A DNA stretch of 64,000 nt from assembly GCF_021028975.2 (NCBI RefSeq), contig NC_059427.1, forward strand, positions 82,460,001-82,524,000, written 5' to 3'. Below, one piece after another: positions 1 through 12,867 of this stretch (the stretch's first letter is position 1; every line of letters starts with the position of its first letter). Source of the DNA: Sphaerodactylus townsendi (Eukaryota). The position numbers and the translations under genes were made by a program. Below the pieces are notes generated by a model. That model was not told the DNA's origin. It worked only from the letters and a program-made list of their open reading frames with translations, and searched no databases.

Positions 1-213
1 TCCATGACTCTTCCATAGTGTAGTACCCTTCTCATGTTCCAGAAAAGTGAGCAAGATCATTGCACAGTAGGTCATGTGGTTGACAGATGGTTCCTACTTT
101 GAAACAACTGAAGGATGGGTATGCTGAGCTATGCACATCATTCTTGGGATGGAAGTAAAGGTCTTGTCCTCTACAACTGTCCTATCTTCTTCCTCTGGGG
201 GGAAGGAGCCTGT

Positions 214-410
214 CATCTGGTTGTGGCCCACCCACCCCGGGAGGAGGAGGGGGTCCAGCATCTGGTCATGGCCCACCCACCCAAGGGAGGGAGGAGACTC
301 AGCATTTGGTCATGGCCCACACACCCTGGGAGGAGAAAGGGAGAGGGGGTCCAGCATCTGGTCATGGCCTATCCACTCTGTGGGGGAAGGGAGAGAGGGG
401 TGTTGGCCCC
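214..410. repeat. Imperfect ~45-50 bp minisatellite, ~4 copies
   Basis: Core CATCTGGTCATGGCCCACCCACCC followed by a G/A-rich spacer recurs at ~214, 260, 303 and 354; it explains the repetitive HLVMAHP ORFs. Confidence 0.85.
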
Positions 411-1181
411 ACCCCACCCCACCCTACCCTACCCCACCCTTCCCTACAGCCTCTGGGTTCTCATCTCAGCATTGGGGAAACTGCTAGGCAGACAGCAAAC
501 TCGCTGCAGTGAAAAGAGAGCAGAACCACCACAACAGCTACCCAGGAAAAGAGCAAGGTGACCATTATTTTTTGAAGGGGTGTATTTCCTGTACTCCACA
601 GTCATCTCATCCTCCTGTGAGCACCTTGTCAATCTCACTCTCTCAGCCAGCCTGCTATGCCTCACACTGAGGAGAAAGGGGGAAGGTTGAGGGGGAAGCC
701 CTTTCACTTACTCCAGATACACAAGGGCTCTCTAAAGTCCAGCAATGGTGGGGAGAGACTATCCTGCCTGTGCAGAAGTATTCCAGTCATTTAAACTGTT
801 ATAGTTATATACAAGAGTAATAGTTATATCTTATATTATTCTTTTTGAGTGCTTGGTGGGTTGTCCTGCAGTATTCATTTGGCTTTTTTGATTGCTGGTA
901 ATTGTGACTGTGGCTCTCTGTGAGATGAGGGTGAGCACCACTGCCTTAAACTCACCTAGATGGCCTAATGAACATATATACCAGTGACCCCAGTAAGGTA
1001 CCTATAGCATCTGTCAATGTATTTCTTGGAGCCATTTGTTTCTTCCCACAACATTTCTTCTCAAAAGGAAAAGAAGTAATTCAGGCTATTCTCCACTTGT
1101 GTGGAGTTGGAGGTACTTCAGAAGAGCCCAAGAGCCCAGGAACCATCACCATTATGTCTCCATGAAGTATGGAGACATACT

Positions 1182-1433
1182 TAGCTTTAAAAGGGGCTTG
1201 GACAGATTTATGGAGGAGAAGTCGATTTATGGCTACCAATCTTGATCCTCTTTGATCTGAGATTGCAAATGCCTTAACAGTCCAGGTGCTCAGGAGCAAC
1301 AGCTGCAGAAGGCCATTGCTTTCACATCCTTCATGTAAGCTCCCAATGGCACCTGGTGGGCCACTGCGAGTAGCAGAGAGCTGGACTAGATGGACTCTGG
1401 ACTGATCCAGCTGGTTTGTTCTTATGTTCTTAT
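1182..1433 (+). mobile_element. CR1 LINE 3' end, 5'-truncated
   Basis: Encodes the ORF2 end SFKRGLDRFMEEKSIYGYQS*, then a 3'UTR and (TTCTTATG)2 tail; ~94% identical by eye to 14693-14944. Confidence 0.9.
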
Positions 1434-1804
1434 CAATATGGAAACAGCTTTTACTGTCATAGAAAGAAGCTTGGCATGGATCTTTCTAACATTTTGAGGA
1501 ACCTTACAACATTTTGGATCCAGGAGCCATGACAACCATTTTGTGATTACCTCCCACCCTCAACAGTGATTTTGTTGTGGTACCTACTACTCATTCTGAA
1601 AATTCCACGAGTGTTTATAGGTTCAACAAAGTTACAGAACCCAGTATATACACTGTAACTTTTGTGGGGTCAGAATTCAAAAATTCTTGATTATGAATAT
1701 TCTGTGGAATTTGTATTGTTGCTCCAAAGAAAGAAAACGTCGCCTAACTGCAATGTAGCATCTTTCAGCTTTGTATATAGTTGTAGTTCTTCTTTGTTTT
1801 ATAG

Positions 1805-1880
1805 GTGGAGGACAAAGCAGAATCTAGATTACTGCTTTTTAATGATGTATGCACAATCCAAAGGCATTTACTATGTGCAG
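1805..1880 (+). CDS. MGAT4B: MGAT4B (GnT-IVb) internal coding exon: (R)[25 protein letters not shown]
   Basis: tttatag|...|gtaagt, 76 nt; matches recalled MGAT4B; upstream exons lie outside the window. Confidence 0.96.
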
Positions 1881-2616
1881 GTAAGTTTAACATTGGCCAA
1901 AGTATGTATTTAATATTATTAGTGCTGCTGCAAACATGAAGTATTGTCTGTGGATCTTTAAACAAAACACACAAAATTGGGGAAGAAGGCATTTGGTTTA
2001 GAGCATTTTTAGTCCCTTTATTTTGATTAGGATCTTATGGGCACCACTTCAGGAAGACTGAATAATGACTCCATCTTTCTGAAGTTAGACTTGAAATGTC
2101 CTTTGGGACTCCTGCATTTGTTGGCAACATGAAAACTGCTTAGATTTATATGGAGAAAGAAATATTATATTAACCTTCTGAAGACTGTTGCAAGTTAGTT
2201 GCTCAGAAACCAAGTTTACCAGCTTTAATGCCTTGTGGATTTGAAAGAGTAGAGCTAATACTGCTGTCAGTCCCATGTTGTGGGTGTCATCTTTTATAAT
2301 TAACAGGACCTATTTACAATGTTTGCCTATATAAAGTAGCTAGACAAACTTCTGTCCTGTTTGATTATTTAATTAATAATAGTATGTTCTGCAGTTACTT
2401 TACCTTGACTGATGTAATCTTACTTATTTTGCTTTGCTTAAAAAGATTAAGAAGCTAATGGAAGTGGAGGCTTTTGCTTTCCATAATAAAGTCTTTTCCT
2501 TTGTTCAGAAGCACCTTCTTTCTTCATCACTAAATGCAAGTTCGAAGTCAGTGTTTTTGTTCAGTAGTGTATGTGTTCTGTTCTGAGCATTGATGTTTCC
2601 TTTGTTTGTTTTGTAG

Positions 2617-2731
2617 CTGGAAGATGATATTGTAGCCAAACCAAACTATCTCAGCACAATGAAGAACTTCGCTCTGCAGCAGCCCTCTGAAGAATGGATG
2701 ATCCTGGAGTTCTCTCAGCTTGGGTTTATTG
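2617..2731 (+). CDS. MGAT4B: MGAT4B exon: [38 protein letters not shown](G)
   Basis: ttgtag|...|gtaaaa, 115 nt; contains the EDD metal-binding motif; not in the ORF track. Confidence 0.96.
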
Positions 2732-4206
2732 GTAAAAGATACTCTTTCTCACAAATACCCATCATTAGATACACCTTCTTTAGAGGAACAGTCTGATCAA
2801 AGATATGGTGCTAAAGCACATGCCAAACATAGCTTGCTAGGGCAGGAAATGTCAAAAAAGTTTTTAATAATTTACCTTTTGACAGAAAACTAAACAGATA
2901 AACATGTGTTGGTTTCTTTATTCTTTTGGTACAACTCAGGACATACATGAAGGATGTCCCCAAATCAGCTCTTTCCTCAGTAGTTCTTGGATGCTCCATA
3001 CCTGTGGGGTAGATAGGGATGCCTCTGGGGTAGATAGGGATAAAACTTTTGAAAAATCTAGCATGTGTTGAGGAAACTGCAGAAAGAAAGGAGAATTGGG
3101 GATATAGTCCCCTCCCCCCTCCAATTACATGAGCAGAGAACACTTGGCTCCAAGTATGTTCTGCTTGGCTACTCTACTCTTGGAGGAGGGAAGGAGGATT
3201 TTTCTTGATCCCCTTGGTTTGGTGCCAAATGTTACATTCTTAGGAAGGTCCCCAACTCTCAGCTGAGGCTTTTGGAGGCATGCAGAAGGCAGCTGCAGGA
3301 AGGAGAAGGTAGGAAAGATCAATTTCTGCTAATGTAAGTTAGGAGCCAACCCATGGAGCATGCAACAATGCAAGCCATCTTTGCTTTTTATGTGACATTA
3401 ATGATTTATTGATGTAGCTTGTTAAACAGGTCAGGCATCTTAAAAGACTCTTATTACAGTTTGAGAGTAGTGGGCAGTTCTTGTACATACTTGTCGGGGA
3501 AACATAGGTGCTAAACTACTGTAATGCTTCAGTGATTACAGCTAAATTGAAAAAAAGTAACCCTTTCTGCCACTCAGTTGGCCATCAGCCAGTTGGATGG
3601 AATCTGGAAGAAGTCCAGTGCACCTGAACTACGAAACATTCACACAGAACTGTTTCATGAGCAGCACTGTGTGTTGCTTTTTAAAAAGACCTTAAAAGTA
3701 GTCTACCAGTTGTGGCTGCTGCACAGCCATATTCCATTTTGGTTCTGGCTAATATTTTTGACCTTTGATGCCTTACTAAAATGTTATCAAAGGCCATTCA
3801 CCTACCATTTCACTTGTTGGTTTCAAAGGTGGTGGAAGATGGACCAGTTCCATATTATTTTGTGACTGAGCAGATGTACTCCATAGTTGTAAAGCCCTTT
3901 CTCTAGAAAATGCAGAGACTTAATTATACAGCCTGAGCTCCTGTGAGAATTCACCTGTGCCTCAGAATGTGTTTCTGGCTCCAAGGCTGGTATCTCGGGT
4001 ATAGTGAAGCTGTTGAGATGGCAACTATTGGTCTTTTTGAATCTGGAGCTGGTTTCAGGACTGCAATAGCGTATGGTTGCTCTAACTGTGCCTTTCGGTT
4101 CATTAATTGAGAGTAAGGAAGATCTTCCTGTCCTGTTTATCTAGTGAATTTGTGAATTGTGTGATTCTGCTTATCTTTTGTCTTCTCTATTTAAAAATTG
4201 TTTCAG

Positions 4207-4337
4207 GAAAGATGTTTAAGTCACTGGATCTCAGTCTGATCGTGGAATTTATACTCATGTTCTACAAGGACAAGCCCATTGATTGGCTGCTTGATCACAT
4301 TCTTTGGGTGAAAGTCTGCAATCCAGAGAAAGATGCA
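4207..4337 (+). CDS. MGAT4B: MGAT4B exon: (G)[43 protein letters not shown]
   Basis: tttcag|...|gtaagt, 131 nt, phase-compatible with both neighbours. Confidence 0.96.
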
Positions 4338-4707
4338 GTAAGTCAAATCCCTGTTACAGGAAACTGTCTCACGCCATTGTAATGAAGATGGGTCTTTCAT
4401 GACATCTACCAAAAACACACACTTGGAATGGTCAAAAGTTTGTTCTGGGCATTTCCACAGTACTATTGCTAATAATTGCTCTGGTGCTTTGCTGAATGAA
4501 GATATCCAGCAGCTATTCATAACAGCAACAATGTAAATAACTGTAGTTGAGAAACCAGTGTTTCTGCTGAGAAACCACACTGAAAATGGTTGGTCATCTT
4601 CTTTTTCTATTTTAAGCCTTCTCCTCCTATACTGGAATAGTATAGTATTCTATTTTAAGCCTTCTCCTCCTATACTTGAGTTCATTTTCTGCTTTTTATT
4701 GTTTCAG

Positions 4708-4815
4708 AAACATTGTGATAGACAGAAAGCAAACCTGAGGATCCGCTTCAAGCCCTCACTGTTCCAACATGTGGGAACGCACTCCTCCCTGGCTGGCAAA
4801 ATACAGAAGCTAAAA
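4708..4815 (+). CDS. MGAT4B: MGAT4B exon: [36 protein letters not shown]
   Basis: tttcag|...|gtgagt, 108 nt. Confidence 0.96.
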
Positions 4816-6654
4816 GTGAGTCTGTGAGATCACAGCCTTGGAAACTCAAAATGTGCATACGAGGAAAGGGCAAAAAGGAAAACTTGGTTATGTCTTTGAT
4901 TAGTCAAAGTTTCTATAAAGTGTTCCCTGCAGAAATGGGGCAGGCAGGGCAGGATGAAGAATTCCATTCCTTTCCCCTCCCATAATGACTGAAATCCTAA
5001 GTACATTTTCCTGGGAGTAAGTCCTTTTGAATACAGTGAGATTTGATTCTATATAGACTTGCTTAGGATCACTCCCAGTGTCTCCCATCCTTTTGCTGAA
5101 GACAGCACCTAGAGTGGATAAATATTTCACCCCATTAAACTCAGTACATGCCACTAAGAACCAATCATCTGCATAATCTTGCCTTGCATAAAGTTGTTGA
5201 CTACATGTGTAGAATTTAAAGCACTGGCTTTTACATCTAAATGCCCTTCGTCATACTGAATTTTGTGTTTGTGTGTGTGCATGCATGTACACACATGAAA
5301 TTAGGAAGGGTTTGCATGAGTCTTTGAAGGGGAGAGGTGCAGGTTTTTCTATATAATCTGTGCACAGATACTTATGTTTAATTTATAATATTTTTGCCAT
5401 GAAGAAGAGGCATCTTGTCTCTGCAGACACAAATTCACAGTTTTGAGAACCTTTCCAGAGTGTACCTTTCCAGAGTGGAAAGGCAGTGGCTTTGGCTTCA
5501 AAACCCACGAATTTATACTTAATAAAAGTCACCTTATTAAAATTCCTCTCTCCCTGTGAGTGTGTGAATGTGTTCCTCCTTCTCTGCTGCATTAATGCCC
5601 TGCCTATAAGCAAGTTTTTGTTAGGTTGATGAAAAAGAACCCTCAATAGATTTCTTGCAAATGAAACCCTATTTATGTGAATCAAAATCAGATTAGTTTG
5701 GTGCCTGTAGTAGGGAACAAAGACTAACTCCTTCATCCAGATGCCCCTTCTACCTTATTCCACCAGCACCTCTTTCATCAGTCAATAGGAGATTGTCATA
5801 ATGGTCTCTGGGGTTGATCTGTCTTTTTCTGGTGAAAGGAGGAGAGGAGTATTCCAGCAATTTTTCTGCTCTGGTGATGCTAAAAGGAGCATAAATAAGT
5901 CATGCATTAATCTCTCCTGTGGTGCCCAAATTGCCCCTTTGGGGGTAGGGAGGATTAGTGAATTATAAATAATGAGCAATGGTCAGAAAATGTTCCTAGT
6001 CCTCATGAAGAAGGGATAAAAGCAGAAAACATTATATCTTGTCTTTGTCCTGCACTAATCTGAAATGTGTATTATTTATTATTATTATATTTCTTCATCA
6101 CCCTCCCCTAAAAGGCTCAGGGTGATTTACACTCTCAGGTTAAAACAACTTCAGTTAAAACAATGCACATTACAGTAATTACTTAAAACTCCTTTTCTAA
6201 AAATCTGTCTGAATCTACCAGTAATTACTTAAAAGTATCGTAGCCATCAGATAATGATCTGATAGATCCTCTATAGATCCATGAAGCAGATCCTGGGACA
6301 GATGGGGGAAATTTCTGTACATACCTCAAAGAGGTCCTAGGTTTTCAGAAACATTTAAAATATTTTAAAAATGTATTGGTGATTACAGCTCTCCAAAATA
6401 ATAGGAACTCCTGTAGCTCTAAAAAAAGAATCCCCACTGAGCTAGGTAACCCAGCCTTATTTCTGAGCCTTCTAAGCCTTGGTTTCTGTCAACTAATGCC
6501 TGGGAAGCACTTGGAGGCCCATAGCCCTGCAAAAGCCCTGTCTCTGATGGAGGAGGACTTGCTGGGGACTGGCTCTGCAGCAATTACTAGACACTCACTT
6601 CCCATACACTGGGCCTGGCCATTCAGCTCCTGATCTGCAGCTGGCAATACAGTA

Positions 6655-6720
6655 GTTGGTTGGTTGGTTAGTTAGTTAGTTCGTTCGTTCGTTCGTTCGT
6701 TCGTTTGCTCGTTCATTCGT
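6655..6720. repeat. Compound tetranucleotide microsatellite (TGGT)n(TAGT)n(TCGT)n
   Basis: Read directly from the sequence. Confidence 0.9.
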
Positions 6721-6789
6721 TATATCCTTCCCTACCCCCAAAGGGTTCAGGGCAGCTTACAATGGCATAAACTTTGCTGACCACCAAGA

Positions 6790-7262
6790 GTTTGAGTATG
6801 ATACTCAATGCATCTTTATCTATGGAGGCTCAGGTCACAAATGTGGGCAAACTGGCATTTATTCCAAGCCAGGTTACTGGCCCCTCACTTGTCACTCCCT
6901 GACCTAGCGACAGTGATCCATGCAATGGTCACCTCTAGGCTGGACTATTGTAAGTTGCTCTGTTCTTGACTACTTTTGAAACTGGTTAGGAAACTTCCAC
7001 TGGCTCAAAATGCAGCTGCAAGGCTTCTCACTGGGACACTGGCAGGAGCACATTAGTGTAGTTCTCCCAGCTGCATTGGTTACCAGTGGAGTACCAAATT
7101 AGATTGAAGGTTTTGTGTTAATCTTTAAAGCCCTGAGTGATCTGAGAACTTTGTATCTGTGAGACTGCCTCTCCAAGTACTTGCCCAAAAGAGCACTTTG
7201 CTCTATAGATAACAACTAGTTGGCGATCCCTGGCCCAAATAATATCTGGCTGCCCTCAACCA
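6790..7262 (+). mobile_element. Degenerate L2 LINE ORF2 C-terminal fragment
   Basis: Translates to DLATVIHAMVTSRLDYC...AQNAAARLL...LHWLPV, typical of L2; runs into the assembly gap. Confidence 0.8.
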
Positions 7263-7422
7263 NNNNNNNNNNNNNNNNNNNNNNNNNNNNNNNNNNNNNN
7301 NNNNNNNNNNNNNNNNNNNNNNNNNNNNNNNNNNNNNNNNNNNNNNNNNNNNNNNNNNNNNNNNNNNNNNNNNNNNNNNNNNNNNNNNNNNNNNNNNNNN
7401 NNNNNNNNNNNNNNNNNNNNNN
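7263..7422. other. Assembly gap (160 N)
   Basis: Run of N. Confidence 1.
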
Positions 7423-8847
7423 AGAATTGGTATAAAATAAGGAGAGGTATTCTAGCTCACTCTTTGGTTGCTGGTTGTTTTAAATCCTGTATTTTGTTTT
7501 CTGAGTCCTCTTCAAGGAAAGGCAACATATTTTCAGAGATCTCTCCCTTCTCACAAGGGCTTGAAACAGTCTTTTGCTTTAAGCTCAGCATTCAGTGGAT
7601 ACGACATTGTGTGCCAGATACAGTCTGTGCTTGATTAGTGAACCTGTAGGCAGATGCTGTGTGTAAGCCCACACAAGCTGCATCTTGGGATATCAAATGG
7701 ATTTGTATGAGAAATGTAATGGGTTTTCAAATTTGTGCAGCAGTTCAGGTTGAAAAAGCAGGCTCTTCTGATGCAGGTATATTCCCTGGAGGAAGGAGGT
7801 CAGGTGTGCTGTTCTGCACAGAGGGAGTAGATGCTTCACTGGAAGAAATTTTAAATGGTTTGGAAGAAAAGGGGAGGTGCTGGGTCAGGAGGCAAGGGAA
7901 TTGGAGCATTGCAGGTACGGACTCTTGATTAATAGCAGCTAGGAAACATTCCCTAGCTATGTGATGCAGCTGCTTTTAAAGCCTCAGAGTCACAGTGTGT
8001 TTCAGAAAATGATACTGAGTGGAGGGCAGGGGATCCATATGAATCCCTGACTTGAAGTCTGAGCCATTGCAATCTGTTTAAACCTTGTGCTGCTTGAGGA
8101 AGCTCTACTAATATTATTATGTGGAGGGCTTATGTTAAGATTTTGGAGGGCTATTTCTGGGAGGGGATTATCTTAAAAAATGCTGTCTCTTTAAGCAAAC
8201 TAAAATTGAGCAGAACAGACCTAATTTTTGAAGGAATTTTTATTTCATGTTGATCTCTATCCCTTGCCCCCCTTTTAAGCAGGCAATAATAGGTGAAAAA
8301 TAAAATACATCCACCCCCCCACCCCCCACTTTCCCTGTTAAATTAAAATCATGCATCATTCCTAACCCTGGTAGTTGGATCCAGCTTTGATAGACTTGTA
8401 GGAGAAATAAGGTTCTCTGCTGTATGCTAGCTACCAAGAGTTCCCCTTTAAGTGTCATTGCTGTATGTACTTGGCACACAGACAAGACTGTCAAGGAGGC
8501 GCTTTCAGGTGGTCTTTAATCATCATGATGGTACAAAGGAAAACAGGTAGTTTCTGTTGCACAGGGAGAAGCGACATGATGTGGCAGCAGAGTCTGTGTG
8601 GGGAGCAAAGGAGAGGAAGAACCAAAAAGAAAGCTTTGTATGTAATCAATAAGGATGAGTGGTGATATTGGCCGTGGATATAGGACAGAGAGTATATGAT
8701 AAAAAAAGGGAGCTGGGGGGGGGGGGGGAGAAATATGCCTCTTATTTAAACATTCTCCCAATGCATCAGAAGTGGAACATTTCCATGAAAGTTGGGTTGG
8801 ATGTTTTAAATAAAATTGTTTTGCTTTTATGTTTTATGTATATTGAG

Positions 8848-9041
8848 GACAAAGATTTTGGAAAGCAAGCTCTTAGGAAAGAACATGTCAACCCTCCTGC
8901 AGAGGTGAGCACTAGCCTGAAAACCTACCAGCACTTCACCTTGGAGAAAGCATATATGAGAGAAGATTTCTTTTGGGCTTTTACCCCTACCTCGGGTGAC
9001 TTCATACGTTTCCGCTTCTTTAAGCCGCTACGCATTGAACG
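8848..9041 (+). CDS. MGAT4B: MGAT4B exon: [64 protein letters not shown](R)
   Basis: tattgag|...|gtgagt, 194 nt; start of the C-terminal lectin domain; unusual GAG acceptor. Confidence 0.94.
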
Positions 9042-10229
9042 GTGAGTGTGCAGGGTTTTGCAGGAGAGCAGGATGGCAAAGATCTGCTTGACTTTTGAAA
9101 GTCACTCCTTATTTCTTCAACCCCTCTCCCCTGCACTAGAACAAAGTTAATCTGAAATGAACTGCATGAAGGTTATATTCTGTTCTCTTGCTGCTGCCCA
9201 CCTGCCTTTTCATTCCACCTCTTCATTGCATAGAGCAGTTAACAATAAAAATAACAGGGAAACACAGCTGCCAGCGCATCAACAGTGAGATTTAAAGTAA
9301 CAGAAAGGTTTTAATTAAACAGACATGTTGAAGTAAGGCTGCTTCTGTCGATTGTGCAAATAATGAAATTGATTGGGCAGCCATTGTGACTTTTTCAGAG
9401 TTGGAGTAATATTTTTATTTATTTTATTTGACTTAATATCCCACCCTCCTCGGCCAGGGCTGCTAACACATATTTAAAAACAATAATATCATTACATATT
9501 AATACATTAATAGATTAAAATCCTCCAGTGTACAAAAATAAACACATGGAGATTTAACCACACCATGCCTACATATTAGTCTCGCTCTCACCAGAATTTC
9601 TTAAAGATTTTGAATCTTATAGGTGAGAAAGGAGGGGGTGTAGATTTGGCCAAAATGTTGCAATTTGGGACTAGTGTATTCAGTTGTAAGCCTGGCAGAA
9701 AACTTCAGTCCTGAGTCCACCGCGCTTTTGGGGAGGCCGGCTGCTGATTGCCCCCCCCCCCTTCTTCATAACATCAGTAGACCCTGCCGTCCCCCCCTCT
9801 TAAGGGGTTTAGGATGTGGGATGCCATCTATTTTGTTTGTAATTAGAATGCTGTGTTTTAACGGGGTTTAGTTTTAATATGTACAGAGCCATAATTTAAT
9901 TATTCCTGGTTGTTTGTTGATTTTACTTTGTGCTCTGACTGTATACTCTGTGTTCACCACCCTGAGCCCTTCGGAAGAGGGCGGTATACAAACGTAATAA
10001 ATAATAATAATAATAAATAATTACAGACGCTGCAGAATTGACTAACATCCTGCAGTGCCCTGATGTCCACCAAGAGAATAGAATAGAGTAGAATACTTTA
10101 TTTACAGTCAATGACCAAATATACCACCAAGAGGGGAACCTAGCCGAATGTCCATGGGGCCGGGGACCCCCAGTAGATTGCTGTCAGAGGATCAAAGGGT
10201 GCTCTGTGGATGGTATGGGGAGATTCAGT

Positions 10230-10620
10230 CCTGAATATATGATGGTCCCAGACCACTCAAGACCTTAAAATGAAATGATCCAGAATGCAACTGGCAACCA
10301 GTGCAGCCTTTAGAGCACAGATCTAATATGTTCCCTCACTGGTGTTCTACTAAGCACTCTTGCAGCTGCATGTGGACCAGGTGCAATTTCTGGAGAAGTC
10401 TTAAGTATAAACTAGCATAGACCAAGTTACAGTAATCTAGCATGGAGGTGACTGTTGCATGAATCGCTGTGGTCAGGTCTGTAAGGGACAGATAGGGGAC
10501 CAACTGCCTGCCTGATAAAGATGCCAAAAGGCTGCCCTGGCAGTATGTGTGACCTGGACCTGCATAGATAGGGAGGGTTCCAGGATCACACCCAGGCTCT
10601 TTACGGCAGAGGCAGGTGTT
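10230..10620 (-). mobile_element. Degenerate L2 LINE fragment
   Basis: ORF 10336-10527 reads RQLVPYLSLTDLTTAIHATVTSMLDYCN. Confidence 0.8.
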
Positions 10621-10849
10621 AAAACTTCACCATCCAATATTGATGGTTGGAATCCGCAGTCTGGCCCCCCTTGTCCCAGCCACAGGACCTAGGTCTTTGA
10701 TGGATTTAATTTCAGCCTGCTCAGGCATAGCCATCCCACCATGCCCTCCAAACACTGGGCGAAAGTATGCATCTGATATCCCACACCAGCTAGGAGGCAG
10801 GCCACCATGTTTTCCATCAGCTGTAGTTTGAGTTACTTTCAAGGACTAT

Positions 10850-11450
10850 GCCATGTAGAGCACTTTACAGTAGTCATATCTCGAGTTGACATAAGTATGG
10901 ATTGATGTGACAGAGTCAAGAAGGGAAGAAAGATTTCAGACCAGATGTAAACAACAGGAACTCCTGGCGACAGCACCAGCAAGAGCAAAGAGCAAGGCTG
11001 GACCAAAAAGCACAGCCAGATTCTTCATTGCATTGGACAAAGCCAGCGTGTCCCCATCCGGTCTGGGTAGATCATCCACTTTCCCACTCAATTACACTTG
11101 TCTTGTCTACATCTAACATCTAGGCCAGAGGTCTGCAACCTGCGGCTCTCCAGATGTTCATGGACTACAATTTCAATCAACCCCTGCTGGCAGGGGCTGA
11201 TGGGATTTGTAGTCCATGAACATCTGGAGAGCCGCCGGTTGCAGACCCCTGATCCAGGCACTGAGAGAGGACAGCTTTATCTGGAGATTTTGAAAAGAAT
11301 TTAAAGCTGGGTGTCACTAGTATATGACTGACAGTCAGCTCCAAAATTCTAGATGATCTCATTCAGTGGTTTCCTATAAGTAATGAAAAACACAAGGGAA
11401 AGCATTGGACCCTTGGAAACGCCATACATCTTTTACCAGGGTGCTGAAGC
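10850..11450 (-). mobile_element. Older L2-like RT fragment interrupted by a hAT MITE
   Basis: Minus strand shows decayed GVxQGS (~11410-11425) and YTSDTQL (YADDTQL-like, ~11303-11325) motifs. Confidence 0.6.
11126..11251. mobile_element. Palindromic non-autonomous hAT element (MITE)
   Basis: CAG...CTG termini, fold-back structure, 8-bp TSD ATCTAGGC/ATCCAGGC. Confidence 0.88.
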
Positions 11451-12867
11451 TACTTCTCAAAAGAAACGCTTGCCACCATTCACATAAAGAAAAACAACCA
11501 GGAGAGAGAGGGGGGGAGGGGGAGGGAGAGAGAGAGAGAGATGATTTAAGGTGATCTTGAAAAAAAACTTCAACCTACACTTCCCGCCCACCATCCCATT
11601 CTTTGGCAGGAGCTTCAGAAAAGGGGCTAATTCATTCTTCTGCAGCCACAGTTTTCAGTGGTGCATCTCACTTAAGTTTCATCTTTGGTGCTGGCTTCCC
11701 TACCTTCCTTCTGATTTGGACTCAGCTTTGCAAAGAGCTGACTTCTGTTCAAGAATAGCAGTACTGTTAGGGAAATACATGGATACGGAAACAAGGACTG
11801 TCAATATCCTGCTTTCACATGTGGTGCTTGCAGATAATATGACCCTTTGAGCACAGTTAGACAAGGGCAGGTGCTACATTTGCTTTAGACTCAGAGGAAT
11901 CGAACAAACCAGCTCATCTGGGAAGGCGTTTTTCCCCTGTGTTTCCTTTCTTGCCTTTTGTGTAAGTGGGAACTTTTAGTGAGATCTTGCTCTCTCTTTG
12001 TCTCTCTATCTCTCTGTCTCTTTTGACAGTCTCCCTCTGGGCTTCTTCCTTCTGTCCCATCCTAAAATGTTTCCCAAGTCAAATTCCTACTCATTAAATT
12101 CTGCCTTTATCTCACAAAAAAATTAAAAATATATTTCTCAATTTATACAAATGTTGCACTTCAGTATCTTGAAGGCAGTTAGCCAAAAAGGAGGACCTAC
12201 TTTGTGTTACTGAAAATTAAATTAATTCCTTTTCAGTCAACTTTACTAAAGATTAGAATTCAATGATACAGATGTTGTAAATACTGTTATCATTTCCCCC
12301 CTCTTCAAAGCCATTTTACATTTATAGTTTCTTGGCTCTGTTCTTGGTCTTAGAAATGCAACTTTTCTTCTCCTGAATTTTCTAGAGATTTAATCTAGAA
12401 ACTGAGAGGAAAGTCGCATGTGGCCATTGGGAACCCATCTGTTGTGTACTAAATTTCTCTCAGGATAAGGAGAGTGTCTTTTTATTGGTGAGGATTGAAT
12501 TTTCTGGTGGTAATATCTTATTTGTGTGGCCGCATCCTTTCTAGAATCTGCGCCATTCTTCACACATCCACTCATTTCTCCAGAAGAAAGAAGAACAGAA
12601 AACTGATCTCACCATGGGACTGGATAATTGTATTTCTTACATATTCAAATACAGTGGAGTTCTTAATTTACAGGAGCAATCAAACAATCAATCCATAATT
12701 GGTTGTTTTTGCATTTAGACTTGTCTCTAAAAGTGGGTTTTACTGGGGTAAGAGAGCCACCTGTTGGGTGGGACATTTTGGTGAGCTCATTCCTGACAGG
12801 TTAGCTTTTTGTGTGCTAATATGTCCCCTGTGGATCTGTGCAGTCATATTGGGTTCTTGTCTTTCAG

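Noticed and set aside
94-707. Overlapping 60-148 aa ORFs
   Set aside because: Produced by the GC-rich minisatellite in a MGAT4B intron; no recognisable domain.
4338-4707. Possible orthologue of the mirtron miR-1229 hosted by human MGAT4B
   Set aside because: The shortest MGAT4B intron here is 370 nt and no intron has hairpin-forming ends.
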